A stretch of DNA of 39,818 nucleotides from an uncultured Clostridium sp. Its GTDB lineage: Bacteria > Bacillota > Clostridia > TANB77 > CAG-508. The position numbers and the translations under genes were made by a program. The stretch covers positions 1 to 39,818 of the forward strand of contig CAZSMG010000004.1 of NCBI GenBank assembly GCA_964608075.1, written 5' to 3'. Shown piece after piece: positions 11,265 to 21,300 of the stretch (position 1 is the stretch's first letter; every line of letters begins with the position of its first letter). The notes beneath the pieces are model-generated. The model made no database searches and was not told where the DNA came from. It was given only the letters and a program-made list of their open reading frames with translations.

Positions 11265-13700
11265 ATGTTTCAAAATATACAAAATGACGTTCAAACTCAT
11301 GAAGAAAAGGATGTTAATATAAAAACAAATATATTTAAAAATGTATTTACAATTAATAATATATTGTTATATATAATTTCATTTATGGTATCTACAATAG
11401 GAATTGGACAAGATATCTCTCCATTTAGCTTAAGTATAGTAGCTGCTTGTTTTTCAGGGGGAATACCTGCTATAGGGGTTGTTTTAATATCTTTAATTGG
11501 TAATATTATAGGATTTGGAACAAATGGTGCATTAAATTATATAATTACGATTTTAGTTCTAATACTTACATTTTTTATATTAAAACCAAGATATAATGAG
11601 GAAAACAGAAATGAAAAAATAAAAATTGGTAAAAATCTATTTATTAGCACTTTATTAGTTGGAGTAGTTAAACTTTTAATATCTAATTTTACAATTTATG
11701 ATCTGCTACTAACAATTACTTTATCAATAATAACTTTTGTATTTTATAAAATATTTGTAAATTCAATTGTAGTTTTAAAAGATTTTAGAGAAAAAAAAGC
11801 TTTTTCAATAGAAGAGGTAATTGGTGCAAGTCTTCTTATTGCAATAGCAGTATCAGCATTAGGTGATTTTCAAATACTAGGATTTTCTATAAGAAATATT
11901 TTAAGTATCTTTATTGTTTTAGTACTTGGTTGGAAAAATGGCATCTTAATTGGTACAACATCTGGTGTTACAATAGGTGTCACACTAGGGATTATAGCTG
12001 GAACAGAACCTGTTATGGTTGCAGCATATGCACTTTCTGGTATGATTGCAGGAATCTTAAATAAATTTGGGAAAATTGGTGTTATTTTAGGATTTATTAT
12101 TGGAAATGCAGTGTTAATGTATACTTCTAATGGAGGAACAACTGAGCTTATATTACTAAAAGAAATATTAATTGCATCAATTGGTTTACTTGCAGTTCCA
12201 AAAAGCATTTCTATAGACATAGAAGAATTTGTAGGTACAGGAAAGTTTCTACCTACATTTCCAAGCAATGCTTTAAATAGAAGTAAAGAAGCGGTAGACA
12301 AGCTACATATTGTATCTGAAACGATTCAAGATATGGCTCAAACTTATGATGAAGTCGCAGTAACAACAATAGAAGAAAAAGATGTTTTAGAAAAAAATAA
12401 ACAAATATTTATTGGAGAATTATTAAATAATATTGATAATTTAGAAGACAATATGCTTTATGATGATATTTCTGATGTTGAAGGAGATATAGTAAACGAT
12501 TTGTTTAATATATTAACTAAAAAACAAGAAATCACAAGGCAGGATTTATTAAAAACATTTGCTAAATTTAATAATTATATAGTAGGATTTGATGATGAAC
12601 AAATCAGTAGTTATTTAGAAACAAATATTAATGAAGTTATTAAAGCATTTAATTATTCATATAAAATAAGTAAATCAAACTTTGTTTGGTCAAAAAAATT
12701 AGAAGAAAAAAATAAAAATATTAAAGCACAATTAGATGGTGTATCTAAGGCAATTGATAATATTGTTATAGATATGAAAAAAGATATTAAACAAGATGAT
12801 AAATATAGTGTTCAAAAAGAAGAAATATTAGCAATACTTAAGCAAAAAAGTATTGACTTAGAATACCTTTCTATAAAAAGACAAAAAAATGGAAGATTTT
12901 CTATAGATATCTATCTTAAATCTTCTCAAATCGAAGAATCAGACATTGAGACAATTAGATTTGTAATTTCTAATGTACTAAAAGAAAATATGATTATAAA
13001 CGAAAATAAGTCGAATCAAGACCAATTAAGTTTATTATCTGAAGATAAATATATGTTAGGTTTAGGTATTGCAAAAGCTACTAAAAATAAATCTTCTGTA
13101 TCTGGAGATAGCATATCACACTTAAGATTGAAAGATGGCAAATATCTAATTGTAATAAGTGATGGAATGGGATCTGGACCAGAGGCAAGGCAAAGTAGTC
13201 AAATAGCAGTTAAAATGTTAGAAAGACTTTTATCGTCAGGTTTTGATAGAGACACTTCTATTGATTTAATAAATACAACTATTTTAAATACTAATGAAGA
13301 TATATTTGCTACTTTAGATATAGCTATAGTTGATTTATATAAAGGTAATATTGAATTTATAAAAACAGGTGCATGTCCTACATATATAAAAAATAAGAAA
13401 AAGGTTCAGATAATAAAATCTCTTGACCTACCTGCTGGAATATTAAAACAGATAAATTCTACTATATATGATAGAGATATTGAATCAAATGATATTATGC
13501 TTATGTGTAGTGATGGAATATTAGATTCCAATGTAGAATATAAGAATAAAGAACTTTGGATAAAATATTTATTAGAAGATATAGAAACAGATAATACTCA
13601 AAAAATTGCAGATCTAATATTAAATGAATCAATAGATAATAACTTTGGTTTAGTAAAAGATGATATGAGTGTAATTGTTTGTAAATTTATTAAAAAGTAA
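11265..13700 (+). CDS. spoIIE: Stage II sporulation protein E (membrane PP2C phosphatase)
   Basis: Multi-TM N-terminus, central helical region, C-terminal PP2C motifs SGDS, ISDGMGSG, FATLD, SDGILD, DDMSV; about 810 aa. Start moved to ATG 11265 after SD GAGGTG. Confidence 0.93.
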   Translation: MFQNIQNDVQTHEEKDVNIKTNIFKNVFTINNILLYIISFMVSTIGIGQDISPFSLSIVAACFSGGIPAIGVVLISLIGNIIGFGTNGALNYIITILVLILTFFILKPRYNEENRNEKIKIGKNLFISTLLVGVVKLLISNFTIYDLLLTITLSIITFVFYKIFVNSIVVLKDFREKKAFSIEEVIGASLLIAIAVSALGDFQILGFSIRNILSIFIVLVLGWKNGILIGTTSGVTIGVTLGIIAGTEPVMVAAYALSGMIAGILNKFGKIGVILGFIIGNAVLMYTSNGGTTELILLKEILIASIGLLAVPKSISIDIEEFVGTGKFLPTFPSNALNRSKEAVDKLHIVSETIQDMAQTYDEVAVTTIEEKDVLEKNKQIFIGELLNNIDNLEDNMLYDDISDVEGDIVNDLFNILTKKQEITRQDLLKTFAKFNNYIVGFDDEQISSYLETNINEVIKAFNYSYKISKSNFVWSKKLEEKNKNIKAQLDGVSKAIDNIVIDMKKDIKQDDKYSVQKEEILAILKQKSIDLEYLSIKRQKNGRFSIDIYLKSSQIEESDIETIRFVISNVLKENMIINENKSNQDQLSLLSEDKYMLGLGIAKATKNKSSVSGDSISHLRLKDGKYLIVISDGMGSGPEARQSSQIAVKMLERLLSSGFDRDTSIDLINTTILNTNEDIFATLDIAIVDLYKGNIEFIKTGACPTYIKNKKKVQIIKSLDLPAGILKQINSTIYDRDIESNDIMLMCSDGILDSNVEYKNKELWIKYLLEDIETDNTQKIADLILNESIDNNFGLVKDDMSVIVCKFIKK

Positions 13701-13731
13701 AAAATAAGGATTTAAAAAATCCTTATTTTTT
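13699..13731. terminator. Bidirectional intrinsic terminator
   Basis: aaaaaataaggattt / aaatccttatttttt between convergent genes. Confidence 0.8.
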
Positions 13732-13741
13732 ATTTTATGTT

Positions 13742-16700
13742 TTATTTACTTTTACGTCTTAATATTATAAATGCTACACCTGATGAAACTATTGCTAATA
13801 CTCCTACTGCTGCTACTATATAACTTACAATATTTGAAATTTCAATACCTGTTGGAGGTGTTATTGTTATTTCTTGTGCTGCAGATCCTATTCCATTTGA
13901 TGGGTATTTACCTAATGTTTGATTTATTGTTCTTCCTCCTGTTTTACTTACTGTTACTATTTCAGCATCATTATTATATACCATTTCTTGATCTGTATTT
14001 GAAAGTAGTTTTTCCAACTTGATTTGTATTTTCTCACTTGTTTTTTCTGGTTCTATCGGAATATCTAGGTTCTTAGTTTCTGCTATTGTATTTATATTAG
14101 ACTTTTTAGTTACTACGTTTTTAACATCTTCATGTAATGTTCCATTTTCTATTTTTCCTATAGTAGGGTCATTGTTTAATTTAAGTACTGCTTGATTTTC
14201 TTCTTTATTCCATTGATATTTTGCTAAATACCATCCATATTTTTTATTTAGTTCGTCGTTTGCATCAAATGTCAAATCGTTACTTACATAATCTGCAACT
14301 CTATTTGGTGCTAATTTTACTATATTAGTCTTATTTGTTCCATATGAATAATATTCTTGAGTATAATAGTCTTTTTCACTAGTATTTTTAAAGCTTATTG
14401 AGTATATAATTTCTAATTCTGCACCATGCATTAACTCATTATCTAATTCTATACTTACTTTTCCTGGTATTGCTTTTATTCCTGGTGCTTCTCCTGTTAT
14501 TTTACCATTTTCTAGGTTTGCATCTATTAATACTTGACCATTTGCTAAAGTAAGTTTAAGTCCTGATACTTCTTTTATTAGTTCTATACTTTGTTTAGCT
14601 CTATCTGTAATACCAAAGTCCATATTTTTAATATCATAATATTTTTGTTCAAATAAGTTAACTTCTGATGTTGTAATTAGTTCTACTGAAACATTCATAA
14701 TTGGTGTTCTTGCTATCATTGTTTCATTTTTGTTTGAAGTAGTATCATCTCCTGAATTCTCCATATTCATTTTAGAATATTGATTATCTACTTTTTGCCT
14801 TTGTGCCCAAACATCAGCTGCTTCATTATATCTTACTACATCTTGTGCATTAGATTCATTATCTAGTTTATACCAATCTGTAATCTTTCCATTGTTTTCG
14901 AATGCTGTTTTTACATTTGTTTTTCCTTCTACATCCCTAACAATTGCTGATTTATAATCGACTCCATTTATATAAGATTTATCTGGTCCATTTTCATAAT
15001 ATGTTTTATTATTATACTTATACTCTATAACATAATTTCCTGGTACAAATCCTGATATTTTATATGTGTTATTTTCAGTCAAATCTTCATAGGTAATTTT
15101 ATAATCGCTTCCATTTATTCTTGCATTATCTACATCTTGAATTGTAACTTTATCACCAGTAACAGCATTTACTGATTGATCATTATTAGCTTGGCTTACA
15201 AGTAAAACATCTACATTTTTAAGTAATTTCTCTTTTTGTTTATCATATATACTATCACTTGTTCTTTCTTGAGTTCTATTGTCATAAACTGATTCATCTA
15301 AGAATACTGCTCCTGTTAATGTTCTTGTTCCTTTTTGTGATATTGTAAATTCTCTTGCTAAATCTGTATCATCATCTCTTTGATTAATGTCTGTCATATT
15401 TCCTGCTGCTGAATCTTTATCAATTCCTGCATATAATTTTGTTTCATCTTTCTCAGAATATGTAGAATATGCATTAATTTCTACTACATTTTTCATTTGA
15501 GGAGTATATGTTTCTCCTTTTTCACTAGCTTCAAGCATTTTAATTAATTCATTATCACTAACTTTATATGTCATATATATATTTTTTGTATCTTGTGGTT
15601 TTATGAAATCATCTATCTTTATACATGCTTTTTTATATCCATCTAATGTGTAATTACTATATGAAGAATTATTAGATTTTATGTCATCTGCTGCTGTATA
15701 ATTGTATTTATTTCCATCTAAGCTATTTCCAATATATTTCAATTCATAATTTGAATCATAATATACTGCTAATTCTTTAATTTTATTATATAAAAGATCT
15801 GATTGGTTAGTTATTCCTACTTTATATGTTACATATACTTGTAATTTATTACTATCTGCCATACCGCTATCTTTTGACCATGTTTTAACATCTGATGGAT
15901 ATACTGTAAATTTAGATAATTTATCTTCTCCTTCATCTTCACTATTTGCAATTACATAATTAAGTCCAATTTTTGGATTATTCTCTTTAAGCTCATGTGC
16001 ATTTCTTGATAAAGTAGTTGTATATAAATTGTTATATCCATTTATAGTTGTTACTACACTTTCTATTTGATTAGATGTAGCTAAATCTGGCATTTCTCTA
16101 TTAACTAATGCTAAGTTTATTCTTACAACTTCTCCATATATATTTTTGTTTTGATTATTTTGATAATCATTATAATAACTAGCATATCCTGGATTTCCAT
16201 CTGGATTTCCTGCCATTAAATCATATGTAGCTGTTACTGATTTAATATTTTGGTTTATCATTGGCACAATATTTTTTAATTTGCTTTCACCATTTTCATA
16301 TGAGTATTCTAGTGTTGCTGTCTTAGTATTATCTATTTTTCTTGCATAACCTTTTGTTAAAGAATTATTTTCTTCTCCAGAAATTATTGCAAAATTATTA
16401 TTTAGGTCTTCTCTACTTTTATCATCTTCTGATGCTTTAGAAGTACCAACTAAAACACCATTATGTTTGTTCGTATCTGGATCTGGCAAATTACTTTCAT
16501 TGTATTCTGGATAACATGCTTGATAATCCATACCATCATATGTAAATTTAACTTTATAGTATTTTAATTCAAGTTCTGGATATCTAACATCCTTAGTTGT
16601 CATTTTATAATATCCATTTCCATCTGTTGTCTTAGTTTCAATAAGTTCACCATTTGGGATATTAACCATATCTCTTTGTTCATCTATAGGTAATAAATTA

Positions 16701-18319
16701 CCATTGTCGTCATATTTTAATTCTAACTTTTTATATCTATATAATTCAACTTTTATATCTTTAAGTAATCTATCTCTTCCTTCTTTATAAGTTGAATCAT
16801 TTCTAGTTACCGCTTCTTCTTCTTTACTATTTTCTCTGTTTACTCCCCATGCATAGCCACTAACTTCTGCTGGTTTTAATACTTGTGAGTTATATTCTTT
16901 AAATTCATTTTCTCTGTTTCCATCTACTTGTATTTCTGCAGTAACTCCAGGATGTAAATCGTAATTATTATTTGGATTTTCAATTTCATGTGCTAAATAT
17001 TTACCTGGTACTATATTATTTAAATCTATGCTTCCATCTGTGTTTGTTACAAATTCTGTTGCTTCATTTTCTGCAGTAATATATGTTATTTTGTCTCCAT
17101 CTTTTTTAATGTATAATCCTGTATCTTTATGTTGCAGTTTAAATTTTACTCCAGCTAATGGTTTTCTTTCTTGATGAAATACATCATATTTGTATAATAG
17201 TAAATCACCTGTATTTAATTCATATGATAAATCTAGTGATTTTTCACGTGTTACTGGTCTGTCTTTAAAATCAGCTATAATGAAATTTTGTCCTTCACTA
17301 GCATAAAACATTTTAAGATCTCCAAAATATTCCGTATATTGACTATTAACCTTAATAGATGCTTTTATTTTTGTTTTAACATCTCTTGTTGGTGATAATA
17401 ACATATAGAAATCTTTTTCTGAAGATATAATTTCATTTGCATTTCCTATTGTATTTATTCCATTTATTGTTCTTAAAAATTTTACATCTCCATATGATTC
17501 TTTTCCATCTTCACTTGTTATTGTCATATTCTGGATACTTCCTGAATATTTCCAATTTAAAGGTCCTACCTTTATATAAGATACAGTAGCATCATTACTT
17601 GGTGCACCATTTATATAATTTAAACTGCTTGTATTATATTTTACAAGTTCTACTCCAACTTTGCTATTATCTTCTAATATTGTTTTATCTTCAATATCTG
17701 CTGTTATCCCATCTAATTCATCTGCATATTGTTCAGCTGCCTGATATATCCTATTTGTTTCAATATTCTTTTTAATTTCATCATTTTCATTATTTTGATT
17801 ACGCCAATCAAACAATCCAAATGACATTATAAAATTATTCCAAGTATGCCATACAGCATATTGTCCTTGTGAGTGTGTTACAATAGTACTATCGCGGACG
17901 TCCCCTCCACTATATCCTTGTTCTTTTTGTGCTAATATATATGCAAGTATCGCATTATACCTATTACTTGTTGTTGTTCCAGTTCTATACCCTTCTTCTA
18001 TTTTTGCATTTTTCCCTTCAATATGAATTTTGTTAGTTACATGAAAAATATACTCTACATTATTATATAAGTGTGTTTTATGATCTACACAATATGTATT
18101 AAAATGTTTACTAAGGACATAATATGCACCTGTTAATTGGTAGGGCTTACTACGATAATATTCTCCTACTTGATATTTCTTAATATCTATATTCTCTATA
18201 TCTGTATCAAGGTCAAGTTTTCCTTCTGCATTACTATGAGTCGATAGAATAAATAATGATATTGTAATAAATATAATTGTTAAAATTATCTTTTGTGACA
18301 TATTTTTTAAGTGTTCCAT
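13742..18319 (-). CDS. Large surface protein: signal peptide, putative thioester domain, SpaA/prealbumin-like and SdrD-B-like Ig domains, TPPTG-TM-basic tail
   Basis: YCVDH and GQYAVW motifs; PLAGVKFKL...TNTDG...PGKYLAHE; two SdrD-B-like starts (VSGYAWG, LTGAVFLD); C-terminal ITPPTG, hydrophobic helix and RRKSK. Confidence 0.8.
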   Translation of the reverse strand: MEHLKNMSQKIILTIIFITISLFILSTHSNAEGKLDLDTDIENIDIKKYQVGEYYRSKPYQLTGAYYVLSKHFNTYCVDHKTHLYNNVEYIFHVTNKIHIEGKNAKIEEGYRTGTTTSNRYNAILAYILAQKEQGYSGGDVRDSTIVTHSQGQYAVWHTWNNFIMSFGLFDWRNQNNENDEIKKNIETNRIYQAAEQYADELDGITADIEDKTILEDNSKVGVELVKYNTSSLNYINGAPSNDATVSYIKVGPLNWKYSGSIQNMTITSEDGKESYGDVKFLRTINGINTIGNANEIISSEKDFYMLLSPTRDVKTKIKASIKVNSQYTEYFGDLKMFYASEGQNFIIADFKDRPVTREKSLDLSYELNTGDLLLYKYDVFHQERKPLAGVKFKLQHKDTGLYIKKDGDKITYITAENEATEFVTNTDGSIDLNNIVPGKYLAHEIENPNNNYDLHPGVTAEIQVDGNRENEFKEYNSQVLKPAEVSGYAWGVNRENSKEEEAVTRNDSTYKEGRDRLLKDIKVELYRYKKLELKYDDNGNLLPIDEQRDMVNIPNGELIETKTTDGNGYYKMTTKDVRYPELELKYYKVKFTYDGMDYQACYPEYNESNLPDPDTNKHNGVLVGTSKASEDDKSREDLNNNFAIISGEENNSLTKGYARKIDNTKTATLEYSYENGESKLKNIVPMINQNIKSVTATYDLMAGNPDGNPGYASYYNDYQNNQNKNIYGEVVRINLALVNREMPDLATSNQIESVVTTINGYNNLYTTTLSRNAHELKENNPKIGLNYVIANSEDEGEDKLSKFTVYPSDVKTWSKDSGMADSNKLQVYVTYKVGITNQSDLLYNKIKELAVYYDSNYELKYIGNSLDGNKYNYTAADDIKSNNSSYSNYTLDGYKKACIKIDDFIKPQDTKNIYMTYKVSDNELIKMLEASEKGETYTPQMKNVVEINAYSTYSEKDETKLYAGIDKDSAAGNMTDINQRDDDTDLAREFTISQKGTRTLTGAVFLDESVYDNRTQERTSDSIYDKQKEKLLKNVDVLLVSQANNDQSVNAVTGDKVTIQDVDNARINGSDYKITYEDLTENNTYKISGFVPGNYVIEYKYNNKTYYENGPDKSYINGVDYKSAIVRDVEGKTNVKTAFENNGKITDWYKLDNESNAQDVVRYNEAADVWAQRQKVDNQYSKMNMENSGDDTTSNKNETMIARTPIMNVSVELITTSEVNLFEQKYYDIKNMDFGITDRAKQSIELIKEVSGLKLTLANGQVLIDANLENGKITGEAPGIKAIPGKVSIELDNELMHGAELEIIYSISFKNTSEKDYYTQEYYSYGTNKTNIVKLAPNRVADYVSNDLTFDANDELNKKYGWYLAKYQWNKEENQAVLKLNNDPTIGKIENGTLHEDVKNVVTKKSNINTIAETKNLDIPIEPEKTSEKIQIKLEKLLSNTDQEMVYNNDAEIVTVSKTGGRTINQTLGKYPSNGIGSAAQEITITPPTGIEISNIVSYIVAAVGVLAIVSSGVAFIILRRKSK

Positions 18320-18348
18320 TCAAATTTCCTCCCTTCACTTATCTGAAT

Positions 18349-21300
18349 TTACATTTTTCTTATAACCTTTTTGTTTATAAAATATACACTTACTCCAATT
18401 ATCATTAGTATGAACATTGTGATTAATGTCACATTTTTAACTATCTCACCAGTTTGTACAGATATTATAAATTCTGCTCTTCCCATATCATTTTCGCCTT
18501 GTGCTTTATTTCCTGCTATTGAATTTATATCTTCTAATCCTAATGCTGTATAACTTTCTGCTATTTCTGCTGTATTACTTATAATTTCTGAATCTCCTGA
18601 TGTTATTGTTTTTGTCAAAACTAATTTAACTGATTTTGTTTCTCCTGGTCTCAATAACTCATTTGCTAAACTTGTGTTATATACATTTGAATTCAATTGA
18701 TACCAATCTTTATTTAGTTCAGAACTAAACTTTAATCCTTTTGGTAAATAATCAACTATGCTTCTTACATATCCTTCTGCATCTCCATTGTTTGTAACTC
18801 TAATTTCATATTCAACAACTATATTTGACCCTACCATTGCTTTTGAATGTAATTCAAGTTTAGCAAAAGTACTATCATCATAATTATAGTTTTTTGTTCC
18901 TTTACTATTATTTACTGATATTTTACTGATAAATTTATCTAATTTCATATCAAAAGTTTTAATTTCTTTAAGTCCAATATTAACATCTGATATATTTTTA
19001 TTAGTAATTGTATATGTATCAGTTGATGCAACCTCTTGTGATTTACCATCAATGTTTATTGTATTTAATATTGCATTTGAATTTTTGTTTTCTGCAACTC
19101 CTTGTACCTTATATGATGTTGGTATGTATTTTGTTGAATCATATTCAAATATTACAATATATTTTCCTTGGTTAATTTTATCTAATGCATAAAATCCATC
19201 TTTATCTGTAGTTGCTTTTAATTCATTTCCAGATGCGTCTTTTACTATTTTATTTGTTTTTACATCAATTAATTTAACTGCGATATCTGATAATAAAGCT
19301 TCAGATGAGTCTTTTTGTCCATTTCCATCTTCGTCAAACCATGCTATTCCAGATATACTATATTTTTTATTATTCTTATCATTGTCATTATTATTATTAT
19401 CTGTAGGATCTTTGCTAGGATCTGACCCTTCTGTTTGTTTAGTTTCTACATAATGAATTATATCTTCTGCTTTAACTATTAAATTATCTCCATAACATAC
19501 AGCTTCTGCAGTATTAACTAGTTTAATTGTTTGTTTTGATTGTGTTCCTTTTTCTACTAATGCTGTTATCTTAATTTCAGTTTCTTCACCTTGTTTTAAA
19601 GCAATATTTGCAATGTTTATATTATTATCTACTTGAGTAATTTTTCCATTATCATTTTTAAATTCTGAAATTGTATTACCATCTTTTTCAACTTTTAAGA
19701 TAGTTAGTTTATTTGGAACTGCATCTTTTAAAATAATATTTGAAAGATCTTTTTGTCCATTATTTTTTAACTTAATAGTATAATTAATTTTATCTCCATC
19801 TTTTACATATTTATTTGCTGTATCAGATGCTTGTGTAATTAACATTGAAGGTTGTAATCTTGGAACAATAGTATATTCCATTACATTTGATGAATATTTA
19901 TTTTGGTCTACCTCTATAGTCGAATAAATATATCCTTTATCTTTTTGAGTCAATTTTTCATCTAAAGCATATATACCTATACTAAATATCATCTTACTAT
20001 TTTTTGGTAATTTATTTATTGTAATACTTTTATCTGATATTTGTATACCTTCATATTCTTCACTATTAAATATTGATTCTACAAATATATATTTATTATC
20101 TGTAGTTAAATCAACTTTTACATTATTTAAATCTTCATCACTTGAGTTTTCTACTTGAAGAATTAAAAAGCATCCATATCCATTAATTAAAATATGATCT
20201 TCAAATCCTTCTCCATCTTGTATAACTCTTGCTGATATTTTAGATGATTTTGTAACTAATTTACTTTCATTTGACTCTGCTGATATTTGATCTGAAGAAA
20301 TATTTATTTTATTAACTATTGGTATATTATCTTGTACTTTTTTATCAACTTCAACTTCATATGTATCTACAATCTTTTCTCCTTTTGCTAATTTCTCATA
20401 TGATCTACTTGAAATATATTCAGGAATACTTTCTAAACTTTTTAGTTCTTTATATCCTTCATTATAAAATGTTGTATTTTCAGGTGCAATTTCTTCAAAT
20501 TTTACATTTGTAGCATCTTCAGTACCAGTATTTTCTATTGTTACTTTGTATTTTATTACTTCTCCTGCTGATACTTTATCTCCATCTTTTAATTCTTTTC
20601 CTCCCACTTCTGCTGTTAATGCTACCTTTATTTCTGGCCCTACTCCTGTTTTTACTTCTATTTCTGTTGCTTTTGCTTTATCTTCTGAGCCTGTTAATGT
20701 ATTTGTATATGCTACCATATATCCTTCTGTTGCTTCTTCATTATATTTTAATCCTGCTGGTATTCCTACATTATATGTTGCTTTTATTTCTTCTCCTGCT
20801 TCCATGCTATCTAGTGTCATTAAGTATTTTTTTACTTCTTTTCCATTTTCTATTGTTTCTTTCCATTCGTTTTCTGCTGTTAGTTCCTCTGTTGCATCTT
20901 CTTTTGCACTATAATATATTTTTGCTTGTTTTCCTTGTACTTTTATTGGTTTTGTTATTTCTGTATCTATTGTATTTTCATTACTCTTTGTTGGAAATGT
21001 TCCTATTATCTTTACATCTTCTATTTTTGCTTCATTGTTATTTATTATTTCTATTTTTACTTCTTCTTCTCTTGCTTCTTTTCCTGTTTCTAGTATTGTT
21101 GTCTTTGTTTCCTCTTGTCCTATTGCTGTTATCCCCATTCCTTCTATTGTATTTGCAACTACTATTCCTGTTGGTGCTATTATTTCTATTTGTCTTTCTT
21201 CTTGTATTTCTTTTCCTTTTTCATTATTAATGTTTAATTTTATTGTTTCTTTGCTACTTGCTTGTTTTTTGTCTAATTTTAAGTTTGCATTTATTATTAT

